In this document: positions 9,359 through 19,716 of the stretch, piece by piece
How positions within the stretch are numbered: position 1 is the stretch's first letter
How the letters are laid out: each line of letters starts with the position of its first letter
Assembly (NCBI GenBank): GCA_905181725.1
Contig: CAJIYX010000027.1
Span: 2,137-66,136, forward strand
Source of the DNA: Alphaproteobacteria bacterium UBA830
GTDB taxonomy: Bacteria; Pseudomonadota; Alphaproteobacteria; MPNO01; UBA830
Direction: 5' to 3'
Length of the DNA stretch: 64,000 nt
Notes under the pieces: generated by a model
What the model was told of the DNA's origin: nothing
The model's database searches: none
What the model saw: only the letters and a program-made list of their open reading frames with translations
Made by a program: the position numbers and the translations under genes

Positions 9359-12336
9359 TCGCCACCCCCGGTCGCTGCCCATTCCTGCACTCGTTCCAGA
9401 TGTTCGAAATCGGAATAGCGCGGCGCGATATCGGCATCGGGACGCGCCAGATAGACGGTCGCCGGATCATCGTAATAATCCAGCAACGCTGTCAGCCCGG
9501 CGAGCGCCTGTTCGGCCAGCTCGTCCGGCTTGTCGCCCGCCGCACTTATCTTGCCTGCCGGATCGCCGCCCGACAGTTTCCAGTAGCTCAGCGCCGCGAC
9601 CTCGCCGGGGTCGATACCCGGAAACGCACCTTCGCGGATCATTGCCGCTTCGAGCGACAGCTGCGGCGACAGCCCGGCCATGACGTCCTTCTTGGACGGC
9701 ACGGCACCGGTCTTGTAATCGATGACCTCATACCCGCCGCCCGATAACAGGTCGATCCGGTCGGCCCGGGCGCGGAGGCGGAACGGGCGCGCTCGGTCGG
9801 TCAGCTCCAGCAGGCCTTCAATTTCGGTAAAGCGCCGGACGACATCCGGGCTGCGTTCGGCTTCGCGGGCGACAATCCATTCGGCGATGCGCTCAAACCG
9901 TGGCCACCAGAACGCCCGGATGCCCGGCCGGTCGAGCCAGGGGGAGAATTCCTCGGCGCCAATCCGCAGCAGGATATCCAACGCGTCGGGCGGCAGATCG
10001 CCCGCGACCTCGCCCAGAAACCGATCAATCGCGTTATGGATGATCGAGCCGCGATCCGCAGCACCCGGATCGGCATCGATCACTTCGAGCGCACGCAGAC
10101 CAAGAATGCGTTTTGCATAGATCGCATAGGGATCGCGGATCAGCGTTTCGATATCGGTCACCGACAGACGATCCGGCCGCGCCGAAACCGGCGGCTGCGG
10201 AGCGGGTGCCCGTATCTGAACCAATGGCCGGCGGGAATCGATCTCGCCCTGCCACTGCATCCAGCGTGCCTGGTCGGCCTGCCAGCCATCAAGAATCTCC
10301 GCGCCAGCCTCCTTCGCCGAGAGCAGTGTTTCCAGCCGGGTCAGCCAGCGCGCCGGCACCGTCGGCGACCCGTCGACCCGGGTCGAGCGGGTCAGCACAA
10401 CTTCCGGCGCAGCAAACCCCTGCACGAAATCATGCGCCGTCAGACCTATCCGGCGTTCCGGCGGTGCCAGCCCGAAGGCCGCGCGCATGGGTCGGCTCAT
10501 CCATGGATCGGCGGGCGGGTCGGGCGGCCAGACCGCTTCGTTCAACCCGCCGAGGATCATCAAATCCGCCTGTTGCAGCCGGGCTTCGAGCAGCCCCCAG
10601 ATGCTGAGACGCGGGTGACGCCCATAAAGCGGCCGCACCACCACGCCCGCCATCAGCGCATCGAGCAAAGCCGGCCATTCGCGCCCGGCAAGCGGCGGCA
10701 GCGTTTCCAGCGCCGCGCGCAGATCGTTGATCAGCGTCGCCGCGTTCTCGCCCGCCTCGCCCGCCCAGAGACGCTCCACACCTGTCTCGGACTCCGATGC
10801 CGCAAGCTTTTCAGCAAAGGTGATATGGGCCTCTAACAAAGCGGCGGGATCGACCCGCCGCTCGCGCATCAAATCGGCAAACGGCCACGCGATTTCTGCG
10901 AGATATTCCGCCCAGAGCGCCACACCGGCTTCGGGTTCGATATGGCGCAACGCGTCGCGCAGCCCGTCGAAACCGGGGATCGGACGTGGCCCGCGCAGGA
11001 CCGTCAGTTCCATCTCGCGTACTCTTTCGCGGAAGACAGCGGGGTCCAGCCCGCCTGCCGCCAGCGGATGTTTGAGCACGGCGAGCAACGGCACCGGCGC
11101 GGCGTCGGCGGCAACAACATCCGCCGTCAGGCGCAGAAACACGCCGGGCAATGTGTCGGCAAGCGGGGTGCCACCGGAATCGTCGATATCGACATTCCAG
11201 CGCCGCAGTTCGGCGGCAACCCGCCGGGCCAGACGACGGTCGGGGGTGATCAACGCCGCGGTTCGCGTCTCGTCTTCCAGTGCTTCGCGCAGCATCAGGG
11301 CAATGGCCAGCGCCTCGGCCTGCGGTCCGGGACAGTCGATCCGCCGCACGCCGGAAAACGCCACACCGATATCGGCCGGCAGCGAAACGGCGGCGGCCGT
11401 GGCGGGCGGACGCAAGGCGCCGTTCACCGTATCGATCCGGGGATTTTCATTTGCCGATGCATCGCGCCAGTCGGCGACGTCTTCAATATCCAGACCGATC
11501 CGCCCGAGGAGGCGCGCCATGCCGTATTGCGGATGGGACGGGACGAGCGCGGCCAGACTGTCTGCATCCAGCGTTTTATCCAGACCGGGCAGAATAAGCA
11601 GGCCGGTATCCAATTCGGCAACGCAGGCGAGCAGGTCGGCCGTCGCGGGGATGCTGCCCGTGGACCCGGCGGCGATTACGGGTCCGGTCGGCGGTGCTTC
11701 CTGCCAGAGCGCGATCTGTGCCTCGATCAGCCGGTTGCGCCGGTCCGCGGCATCAAGGCAGCCATGCTCGGCGAGGATCGCCGGCCAGTGCTCGGTGACG
11801 ATCTGTAGGAAGACGAGGGTTTCCTGCCAATGCTGCGAAAACCTTTCGGGCACAATGTTTTCAAGATCGGCAAAGCTCAGACGCTCGGTCTGAACTTCGT
11901 CGATCAGCCGGGCAAGCTCATTGGCGAGCCTGGCCGCATGTGCCGCCGACATGGTGTCGTCCTGCGCCATAATCATTCGCGACAGCAGCAACTGGCGGCG
12001 CAGCGACGGCATCGCGGGCGGCAGGTCGGCCATACCGGACAACCCGGGTTCCTCCGCCGCAAGGAAGCCTATTTCGTCCTCGTCGATATCGCCGATCGGC
12101 GTCATTGCCGGTAGCAGCGCCGGCTTGCCCTCGGTCGCCCGCAGAAATGCCTCGCCCAGCGCGCGGCAGGCGCGCCGCGTCGGCAGCAGGACACGGAGAT
12201 CGGCAAGCCCTGCCGGATCGCCACCGAAGCGGTCAAGAATGCCCACAGCCAGCGCATCCACAAACGCCGTCCCGGCGGCGATGGAATACACATTATCAGG
12301 AGACGGGCGGGGATTATGCGGGGTACCGGGCATCAC
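9355..12336 (-). CDS. addB: Double-strand break repair protein AddB
   Basis: 993-aa ORF directly upstream of and overlapping addA. C-terminal PD-(D/E)XK-like region (RADRIDLLSGGGYEVIDYKTG). Confidence 0.88.
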   Translation of the reverse strand: MMPGTPHNPRPSPDNVYSIAAGTAFVDALAVGILDRFGGDPAGLADLRVLLPTRRACRALGEAFLRATEGKPALLPAMTPIGDIDEDEIGFLAAEEPGLSGMADLPPAMPSLRRQLLLSRMIMAQDDTMSAAHAARLANELARLIDEVQTERLSFADLENIVPERFSQHWQETLVFLQIVTEHWPAILAEHGCLDAADRRNRLIEAQIALWQEAPPTGPVIAAGSTGSIPATADLLACVAELDTGLLILPGLDKTLDADSLAALVPSHPQYGMARLLGRIGLDIEDVADWRDASANENPRIDTVNGALRPPATAAAVSLPADIGVAFSGVRRIDCPGPQAEALAIALMLREALEDETRTAALITPDRRLARRVAAELRRWNVDIDDSGGTPLADTLPGVFLRLTADVVAADAAPVPLLAVLKHPLAAGGLDPAVFRERVREMELTVLRGPRPIPGFDGLRDALRHIEPEAGVALWAEYLAEIAWPFADLMRERRVDPAALLEAHITFAEKLAASESETGVERLWAGEAGENAATLINDLRAALETLPPLAGREWPALLDALMAGVVVRPLYGRHPRLSIWGLLEARLQQADLMILGGLNEAVWPPDPPADPWMSRPMRAAFGLAPPERRIGLTAHDFVQGFAAPEVVLTRSTRVDGSPTVPARWLTRLETLLSAKEAGAEILDGWQADQARWMQWQGEIDSRRPLVQIRAPAPQPPVSARPDRLSVTDIETLIRDPYAIYAKRILGLRALEVIDADPGAADRGSIIHNAIDRFLGEVAGDLPPDALDILLRIGAEEFSPWLDRPGIRAFWWPRFERIAEWIVAREAERSPDVVRRFTEIEGLLELTDRARPFRLRARADRIDLLSGGGYEVIDYKTGAVPSKKDVMAGLSPQLSLEAAMIREGAFPGIDPGEVAALSYWKLSGGDPAGKISAAGDKPDELAEQALAGLTALLDYYDDPATVYLARPDADIAPRYSDFEHLERVQEWAATGGGE

Positions 12337-12344
12337 ATCGCCGC

Positions 12345-13112
12345 TCAGAACAACAGACGGACGCGGGAGCCTTCGCGTTCAAGAATTTCGGCATCCGCCT
12401 GGGCAATCGCGGGCGGCGTACCGACGTGATACCAGTCGCCATCATGGGCAATCCCATATAGCCGCCCCGCTTCCAGCGCGCGGTCGTACAGCACGTTCAT
12501 CGAAAAGGCACCGTCGGGTGCATTCTCAAACAGGCGCGGATGCAGGATCTGAACACCGTTAAAGACGAAGGGGGCTATGACGCGTTCAGGCCGTCGTTCA
12601 AGCCGCCCGACCGGGTCCATCAGAAAGTCTCCGTCTCCGTCATAACCCGTTGCCCGCACCGTAGACGAGAGCAGCAGCAACGCGTCCATTTCGTCGTCAT
12701 TCCACGCGGCGGCCATCCGGAGCAATGCGGCGATCGGGCCGTCGCGCCATACAATATCGGCATTCGCGGCATAAAACGGCACCTCCCCCAGAAGCGGCAG
12801 CGCCTTTGTGATGCCGCCGCCGGTCTCCAGCAGATCGTCCTCGCGCGAGATCACGGTCGACGGCACCGCGCGGCGTTCCAGATGCGCTTCGATCTTCTCC
12901 GGCAGCCAATGGGTATTGACCACCACATCGGTGACCCCCGCATCTTCGAGCCGGTCAAGCGCGTGATCGAGCATGGTCGCGCCGCCCACTTCGAGAAGCG
13001 GTTTCGGCACGTTCTGGGTCAGCGGCCGCATGCGCAGCCCCAGACCGGCGGCCAGCACCATCGCATGACTGGGCACGAAGGCCGGACGGTCGGGTGTCAA
13101 ACGTACGGCCAT
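12345..13112 (-). CDS. Nucleotidyltransferase family protein (MurU-like MurNAc-1-P uridylyltransferase candidate)
   Basis: NTP-transferase N-terminus MVLAAGLGLRMRPLTQNVPKPLLEVGG. Start set at ATG 13112, which shares one base with the upstream stop (TGATG). ATG 13061 is an alternative; the ORF-track start at 13253 is an over-extension. Confidence 0.72.
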   Translation of the reverse strand: MAVRLTPDRPAFVPSHAMVLAAGLGLRMRPLTQNVPKPLLEVGGATMLDHALDRLEDAGVTDVVVNTHWLPEKIEAHLERRAVPSTVISREDDLLETGGGITKALPLLGEVPFYAANADIVWRDGPIAALLRMAAAWNDDEMDALLLLSSTVRATGYDGDGDFLMDPVGRLERRPERVIAPFVFNGVQILHPRLFENAPDGAFSMNVLYDRALEAGRLYGIAHDGDWYHVGTPPAIAQADAEILEREGSRVRLLF

Positions 13113-14146
13113 CAGGCGCCACCCCGCGCGGGCGGCACGATGCGTCCACGCGCCGGCGGCACGATGCGCATCTCCGCCGGTATGTGGGTATCCAACCAGG
13201 ATTTCAGCGGTGCCAGCGAAGGATGGGCGGCAGCGGCTTCGAGCATGCGCCACAGCCGCGGCACATGATGCAGATAGTCATCCTTGCCGTCGCGGTCGCG
13301 CAGCCGGGTAAAAATACCGAGCACCTTGCAGTGACGTTGCGCGCCGAGAATGACGCAGGAGATATCGAACGCCGCCGGGTCAAGCGCCGGAAACGCGGCG
13401 AGGTAGCGGGCACGCATCCCGGCACGGAGACCGTCACCCACATCGCGCCGCGCATCTTCGACCAGAGAAATAAAATCGTAGCTCACCGGGCCCTCCACAG
13501 CGTCCTGAAAATCGAGCAATCCGCAGGCGGAAATCCCGTCACGCCCGGCAATCCGCATCAGGTTGTCGACATGAAAATCCCGCAGCACCAGTGTATCCGG
13601 CACATGTCGCGCCAGCGGCAACAATGCCGCCCAGATACCCCGGTAAGCCGCCGCGACCGTATCCTGTGTATCTTCCCCCGTCACAACAGGCAGATACCAT
13701 TCGGTGAGCAGCGACGCCTCGGTCAGCAGCAATGCGTCCGAATAGACCGACGTTCCCGGCGGCACCGCATCGACAGACGGTGTTCTGTGCAATTCGATCA
13801 GCACATCGGTCGCCAGCGTATAAAGCGGCGCCGCTTCCTCGCCCGCATCCATCAGCCGGCTGAACGTCGCGTCGCCCAGGTCTTCGAGCAGCAAGAATCC
13901 CGCACCGACATCTTCGGCAAGGATCCGTGGCGCGCTGAATCCCAGCGCCGATAACTGGCTGGCAATCTTCATGAACGGACGCACGTCTTCGCGGTCCGGC
14001 GGCGCATCCATCAGAACGGCGGCCTCCCCCGGCCGGGTCACGCGCTCGTACCGGCGAAACGATGCATCTTCGGCAAGCGTGGCGTGATCGGCGCCGGGCC
14101 AGCCGGCGGAAGCCAGAAAATCCTCTATCCGGGCAGCGCGGTTCAT
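13112..14146 (-). CDS. Aminoglycoside-phosphotransferase-fold kinase (AmgK-like candidate)
   Basis: APH/choline-kinase-type motifs (LVLRDFHVDNLM, GLLDFQDAV). ATG 14146 overlaps the tsaE stop (ATGA). Confidence 0.72.
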   Translation of the reverse strand: MNRAARIEDFLASAGWPGADHATLAEDASFRRYERVTRPGEAAVLMDAPPDREDVRPFMKIASQLSALGFSAPRILAEDVGAGFLLLEDLGDATFSRLMDAGEEAAPLYTLATDVLIELHRTPSVDAVPPGTSVYSDALLLTEASLLTEWYLPVVTGEDTQDTVAAAYRGIWAALLPLARHVPDTLVLRDFHVDNLMRIAGRDGISACGLLDFQDAVEGPVSYDFISLVEDARRDVGDGLRAGMRARYLAAFPALDPAAFDISCVILGAQRHCKVLGIFTRLRDRDGKDDYLHHVPRLWRMLEAAAAHPSLAPLKSWLDTHIPAEMRIVPPARGRIVPPARGGA

Positions 14147-14649
14147 ATCGTTTCCGGCCCTGTACCCGAGTTTGTTTCCAGCATTTCTTCGGGGCCCGTG
14201 ACGGTCGCGATCCGCGCGGTCTCGTCCGAACCGAAGGCGAAATTGATCCGGATATGATGCGGTGGCAGCAGGTGCTCTATCCGCTCCGCCCATTCGATCA
14301 CCGATACGCCATCGGCAAACGCGTCCTCTATGCCGATTTCCCAGGCTTCTTCAGGCGCTTTCAGACGGTAAAGATCGAAATGGTAAAGCGTGAAATCCGC
14401 CAGATCGTAGAGCTGGACCAGTGTGAAAGTCGGGCTCGGCACATGATCGATATCCGTGCCGGCGGCGCGGCCGAGCGAGCGGATCAGGGCGCGGGCGAAA
14501 ACCGTCTTGCCCGCGCCGAGGTCGCCAGTCAGCGCGATGACATCCCCAGCGCCCAACCGGGCGGCATATGCCGCCGCAAGCGCTTCGGTCGCCGCCGGAT
14601 CGGCCAGCGGTATCGTTTGTACCTGGGGAGCGGTTTGAAGAGCGGCCAT
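14143..14649 (-). CDS. tsaE: tRNA t6A37 biosynthesis protein TsaE
   Basis: 168 aa with P-loop LTGDLGAGKTVFARALI and the TsaE motif SPTFTLVQLY...HFDLYRL. Confidence 0.9.
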   Translation of the reverse strand: MAALQTAPQVQTIPLADPAATEALAAAYAARLGAGDVIALTGDLGAGKTVFARALIRSLGRAAGTDIDHVPSPTFTLVQLYDLADFTLYHFDLYRLKAPEEAWEIGIEDAFADGVSVIEWAERIEHLLPPHHIRINFAFGSDETARIATVTGPEEMLETNSGTGPETI

Positions 14650-14741
14650 AGGGATGGTTTATCCCTGCCGACGATTCCCCGCAACGGGTCAGCGCAAAGG
14701 GTCGCGCGCGGGGTTACCCCGAAGAACAAACAGCGAGGCCG

Positions 14742-17233
14742 TCAGTCCTGCGACAAGGCCCTGGGAAGCTCTTCCCCTGCCCGGCGGGCAGGCAGGCGAC
14801 AGACGACCTTGGTGCCGACGCCGGGGGCGGATTCCAGCTCTACGTCGCCGCCATGAAGCTTGATAAAGCTTTGCACAAGGGACAGCCCAAGCCCGACACC
14901 GGTGCGACGCGCTCCGGGCTGGTCGCCGCGCTCGAACCGGCCGAAAATACGCGCCTGATCCTCTGCCGGGATCCCGATACCGGTATCGGTAAAGGTGATG
15001 ACGATGTGTCTTCAACGCGGCGCGCCGAAACGGTTATCTCGCCCTCTTCTGGCGTAAATTTCACGGAATTGCTCAGAATATTGAACAGGGCCTGCTTCAG
15101 GCGGCGCTCATCGGCCAGGATTAGGCCGATTTCTTCCTGACAGTCAAAATCGAGCTTGAGGCTTTTGCGCAGGACCCGTTCCCGCGTCAGTCCGAGGACG
15201 CTGTCCAGCAGGACATGCACGTCCTCGGTTTCAAGCTCCAGCGACATATGACCGGATTCGATCGTCGCGAGATCCAGAATATCGTCGATCAGCGATAACA
15301 GACGCTGTGAGGATTCATATATTCCCTTGCCGTATTCGGTCTGACGCTCGTTGAGATCGCCAAAATACTCACCGGTCAGAATTTCCGAGAAACCGACAAT
15401 CGTGTTCAGCGGCGTCCGGAGTTCATAGGACACATTGGAGATAAATTCGGATTTCAGCCGATCCGCGGTTTCGAGCGCTTCGTGTCGTTCGCGCAGGAAC
15501 TGTTCGACGCGGTGCGAGTCCGACACTTCGACATAGGACAGCAGCATGGCACCGTCAGGTAACGCGACGGTGGCAAAATCGACGACCGACCCATCGGCAC
15601 GCTCGAGCCGGCCCGACTGCCCTTCGCGTTCGGTCAGCAGGTTGATGTGATCGGCTTTGATGGCTTCCCAGTCACCATGGTCGAGAAATTCCCGCACCCA
15701 TTCGACCAGTTCGGAAATATGCGGTGCAGCGACAAGGTCATCATCACCGAGCTGCCAGACCCGTCCAAAGGCGGGATTGCTGAGTTGCAGCCGCCCATCA
15801 CCGCCGATAACGGCAACCGCTTCGTAAAGGTTGTCGAGGGTTTCCTTCTGAACAGCGATCAACGTGTTGTAAGACCGCTCGAGCGCGAGCGATGCCGTGA
15901 CGTCTTCCCAGGTAAACAGGAGACCGCCAAGCGGATGCGGCGTAATGACAACCCGCAGCGTCTTGCCGTCGGGAAGATGGTCCAGTTCCTCCAGCGGCTC
16001 CAACAGCGAGGTAAACATCTTGTTCCGGGCCGCCTTGAATGCCGGAAAGTTCGCCTGCTCGGGGATTTTGCGGGTCTCGCGGAATTCTTCGAGGATTTCG
16101 CCTATTCTTGGCCGGCTTTGCAGGAACGTCTCGTCGGCATCCCACAGTTTCACATAAGCCGTGTTGAAAAATTCGAGCCGCCGGTCGGCGCCAAAAATGG
16201 CGATTGCCGTCCCGAGGTTATGAAGCACCTGCTGGTGGTTTTCGATATGACGGGCAAGCTCGGTTCTAATCTCTTCCGCTTCGGTCCGGTCGAGGGCGAA
16301 ACCGCCGATGGCGCCGTCCGCGCCAATGGGCGCTTCGGTCAGTTCCATCAGGCGCCGCGCACCGGCGGCAACGATGTGATGGGTTTCGGTCTGGCGATCC
16401 CGCGTTTCCGCTGCCCGGGCGGCAAGGGCGCGTCCATTCTGCGCCACAGAGCTTGCGGCGAGTTCGGAAAGCGCCGCCGCTTCGGCGCCGGACACCGCTT
16501 CGACCGCGTCTCGATACGCAGGATTTACATAATCCAGGTCCAGCGCCCGCAAGCGCCGCCACACCGGAAAGGGAAAGGAATCGAGCAATCTCCAATAGCC
16601 GTCGCCCGTTCGTTGAGCCGCTGCGATCTCGGCGGCAGACAAACTGTCATCGCGCAGTCAGAGGACCGCGAGGTGATCGTCGTCTTTCTCGCCAATCATG
16701 CGTCCGCGCAGGGCGCAACGCTTTTCCAACATCCCGGGCACGAGCTCATCGAAAGGTTCACTGGATACGATGAGAGCATCTATCGCCGTCCGGACACCCG
16801 TCCGGCTACCGGGGTAGACAATCTCCGCAATCCGCTCACCATTCAGGGCGTCGGCCTGATCGCAGCCGACCATCCGGGCAGCCGCTTCTGAAAATTTTTG
16901 TTCGCCGGTCGCCGTATCCCAGCAAACGATCGCCTGGGGTGCACTGTCGAGCAGCGCCTGTTCACGCTCAAGACGTGCTTCGAGGTCGGTCGCCCGCGCG
17001 TCGGCATCGCGAAATTTGCGGCGGAAATAGACGGTCGCAAATATCAGGAACGGCGCGAAAAAAAAGCAAAGTGCTGCGACGATCGTCGCACCATCGAAAG
17101 CCTGACCCCCGAAAGCCTGACCGCCAATAGCAGCACCTTCTGCAGCCTGAGCGGCTGTCGTCAGGAACGGCAAAGCACCTGCGCCCAGCCCGAGGGCTGG
17201 GCGGAAGTGAGATGATATGGGCGTCGGACGCAT
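14742..17233 (-). pseudogene. PAS-domain sensor histidine kinase, disrupted by one in-frame TGA and one frameshift
   Basis: ORF 16658..17233 (TM plus first PAS) and ORF 14840..16642 (PAS, PAS, HisKA) are in the same frame and separated only by TGA 16658..16660. After ...GEITVSARRVED, near 15006..15013, the ORF leaves the HATPase_c frame. A different frame hand-translates to HIVITFTDTGIGIPAEDQARIFGRFERGDQPGARRTGVGLGLSLVQSFIKLHGGDVELESAPGVGTKVVCRLP, with stop at 14742..14744. Confidence 0.75.
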
Positions 17234-17368
17234 GTTTATCCGAGCCTGTTCCCCCGGACCCGTCGCGACGATCCGGGATTTATCCCCCAGAAATCATCGC
17301 CACAGCACCAACTACAGAATGTGCGTTATCAAAGCCCCAATAGATGGCCCCTAATGGTTAACGCGACA

Positions 17369-18664
17369 TTAATACCTGTAATGTTCCGGCTTGTAAGGTC
17401 CGGCAGTATCAAGACCAAGATAATCGGCCTGCTCAGTCGACAGGGTGGTCAGCTTGACGCCGAGTCTCGCGAGATGCAGGGCGGCGACTTTTTCGTCGAG
17501 ATGCTTCGGCAGCACGTAAACTTCGTTCTTGTAGTTTGCGCTGTTTTCCCAGAGCTCGAGCTGCGCCATGACCTGGTTGGTGAACGACGCGCTCATCACG
17601 AAGCTGGGATGACCGGTCGCGCAGCCGAGATTGACCAGACGGCCTTCGGCAAGAACGATCAGCCTTTTCCCGTCGGGGAATTCAACCTCGTCGACCTGCG
17701 GCTTAACGTTGTCCCATTTGTAGTTGCGTAGGGATTCGATCTGAATTTCGCTGTCGAAATGGCCGATATTGCAGACAATCGCACGATCTTTCATCTCACG
17801 CATATGGTCCAGCGTGATCACATCGATATTGCCGGTCGTGGTGACGAAGATGTCGCCGATCGACGCGACATCGTCCATGGTCACGACTTCATAGCCTTCC
17901 ATCGCGGCCTGCAGCGCGCAGATCGGATCGATCTCGGTGACCAGAACGCGGGCGCCCTGGTTGCGCAGGCTCGCAGCTGAGCCCTTGCCGACATCGCCGA
18001 AGCCGGCGACGACGCCGACCTTGCCGGCGACCATCACATCAGTCGCGCGCTTGATGCCGTCCACGAGACTTTCGCGGCAGCCATAGAGATTGTCGAACTT
18101 GGACTTGGTGACGGAATCGTTGACGTTGATGGCGGGCACCAGCAATTCGCCCTTTTTCATCATGTCATAGAGGCGATGCACGCCGGTCGTGGTTTCTTCA
18201 GACAGGCCTTTAATGTCCTTCAGCATCTCCGGGTATTTTTCGTGCATGAGCCCCGTCAGATCGCCACCGTCATCGAGGATGAGGTTCGGCGTCCATCCGT
18301 CCGGACCTTTGATGGTCTGTTCAATGCACCACCAGAATTCTTCGTCGCTCTCGCCCTTCCAGGCGAAAACCGGCACACCAACTGCGGCAACCGCAGCGGC
18401 TGCCTGATCCTGGGTCGAGAAGATGTTGCACGAGCTCCAGCGGATCGTCGCGCCAAGCGCGGTCAGGGTTTCGATCAGTACCGCGGTCTGGATCGTCATA
18501 TGCAGGCAGCCGACGATGCGCGCATCCTTGAGCGGCTGTGCCGCGCCGAACTCTTCGCGCAGCGCCATCAGGCCCGGCATTTCGGTCTCGGCGATGGCAA
18601 TTTCCTTGCGGCCCCAATCGGCCAAGGACATATCGGCAACTTTGTAGTCGTTTTCGGCGCTCAT
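17369..18664 (-). CDS. ahcY: Adenosylhomocysteinase
   Basis: 431 aa, [33 protein letters not shown]..., with NAD-binding GDVGKGSA. Confidence 0.97.
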   Translation of the reverse strand: MSAENDYKVADMSLADWGRKEIAIAETEMPGLMALREEFGAAQPLKDARIVGCLHMTIQTAVLIETLTALGATIRWSSCNIFSTQDQAAAAVAAVGVPVFAWKGESDEEFWWCIEQTIKGPDGWTPNLILDDGGDLTGLMHEKYPEMLKDIKGLSEETTTGVHRLYDMMKKGELLVPAINVNDSVTKSKFDNLYGCRESLVDGIKRATDVMVAGKVGVVAGFGDVGKGSAASLRNQGARVLVTEIDPICALQAAMEGYEVVTMDDVASIGDIFVTTTGNIDVITLDHMREMKDRAIVCNIGHFDSEIQIESLRNYKWDNVKPQVDEVEFPDGKRLIVLAEGRLVNLGCATGHPSFVMSASFTNQVMAQLELWENSANYKNEVYVLPKHLDEKVAALHLARLGVKLTTLSTEQADYLGLDTAGPYKPEHYRY

Positions 18665-18847
18665 GAACTCGCTCCAGTGTCGGAAAAATAAAGTATTTGG
18701 GTGGTCTTATCCCACCAGCTACCCCATTCATATGGGCAACAGCTCGTGATAGATGGGCCGTGGGGTATAGCAGTGGATCGGTTAACAAATCAAGGATCGG
18801 GGTTAATCAACGTTATGGACAATCTCGCCGCGACCATGACAGAATAG

Positions 18848-18877
18848 TTTGAGTAAGATATATTTGAGTAAGATATA
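18848..18877. repeat. Perfect tandem 15-bp direct repeat TTTGAGTAAGATATA x2, with a third partial TTTGAG at the RBS of the VOC gene
   Basis: Read directly from the sequence. Lies 20-49 nt upstream of the GTG start at 18897. Confidence 0.8.
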
Positions 18878-18896
18878 AAAGTGGAGGATTTGAGCC

Positions 18897-19553
18897 GTGG
18901 CGACCAAGGTATCAGACGCTTACACACTTAAACCAATCGCACCACATCAAGTAGATCCGCCGGGCGCGTTAAAGAAAATGCCGTCCCCGCGCGAGATGCA
19001 TCACGTCCATATTTTCTCGGACGAGAACTACGACGCGATGGTTGAATTCTACCAGATGATCTTCAACGGCGAAGTCACCAATGTGAACAATCACGAAGAC
19101 AGGATGAGCCTGACCTTCATCACCTATGACGATCACGACCATCGGGTGGTGGTGATAAAACGGCCGGGATGGGGCACGAAACCCGACCAACCTGTCGGGC
19201 TGTCCCATATCGCGTTCGCCTATAGCAGCCTGGGCGAGCTGATTTACATATACAAAACGCTCAAAGCCGCTGGCCATCCGGCGCCGCACTGGACCGTAAA
19301 TCACGGCAATTCGACCTCCTTCTATTACAAGGACCCGGACGGCAACGAGGTCGAAACGATGCTCGATAATTTTTCGTCACAGGAAACCCAGGATTACAAA
19401 CGCTTCTACCAGTTCACCGAGGATTTCGGCGAAATGTCGGAAGGCAATTTCGATGCCGACAAGATGGTTGAACTATACGAATCCGGAGTCCCGGATTCTG
19501 TTCTGCTCGACCGTGAGAAAGTGCGCCGCATGGCACGGGAGGGCAAGCTCTAA
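18897..19553 (+). CDS. VOC (glyoxalase/bleomycin-resistance/extradiol dioxygenase) family protein
   Basis: 218 aa with GTG start behind GGAGGA. Motifs HHVHIFS..., GLSHIAFAYSS..., FYYKDPDGNEVE are typical of small extradiol-dioxygenase-like VOC proteins. Confidence 0.7.
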   Translation: MATKVSDAYTLKPIAPHQVDPPGALKKMPSPREMHHVHIFSDENYDAMVEFYQMIFNGEVTNVNNHEDRMSLTFITYDDHDHRVVVIKRPGWGTKPDQPVGLSHIAFAYSSLGELIYIYKTLKAAGHPAPHWTVNHGNSTSFYYKDPDGNEVETMLDNFSSQETQDYKRFYQFTEDFGEMSEGNFDADKMVELYESGVPDSVLLDREKVRRMAREGKL

Positions 19554-19716
19554 ACAAGATCGGAACTGTTTAACTTGACGTACAAATCTACCCAATCTGC
19601 CCACTCTGCGTAATGAATCTGCTTTGTGAATGCGTAAAAAAAGCAAAATTAATCGCATCCAGCGGCCCTGCATAATAATCGCAAATAACGCCGCGGATAA
19701 TTGGAGGAAACGTCAC

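Noticed and set aside
16658-16660. In-frame TGA codons (also 45351..45353) and TAG codons (35726..35728, 39720..39722) as possible recoding: selenocysteine, pyrrolysine, or a TGA=Trp genetic code.
   Set aside because: Both TGA and TAG are affected, and three of the four genes also carry frameshifts. No SECIS-like hairpin follows the TGAs. TGA and TAG are used as ordinary stops by the neighbouring intact genes. Nonsense mutations in decaying genes are the simpler reading.
18665-18790. Possible SAH riboswitch or attenuator in the ahcY leader. There is a stem-loop GGTGG-gataaga-CCACC followed by a U-rich run, and a TGCCCAT-atga-ATGGGGTA stem.
   Set aside because: The sequence does not match the SAH-riboswitch core I remember (GAGGAGCGCUGC...CAGGCUCGG...AACGGCGCUCAC). 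The stems are short. It needs a covariance-model search before any claim.
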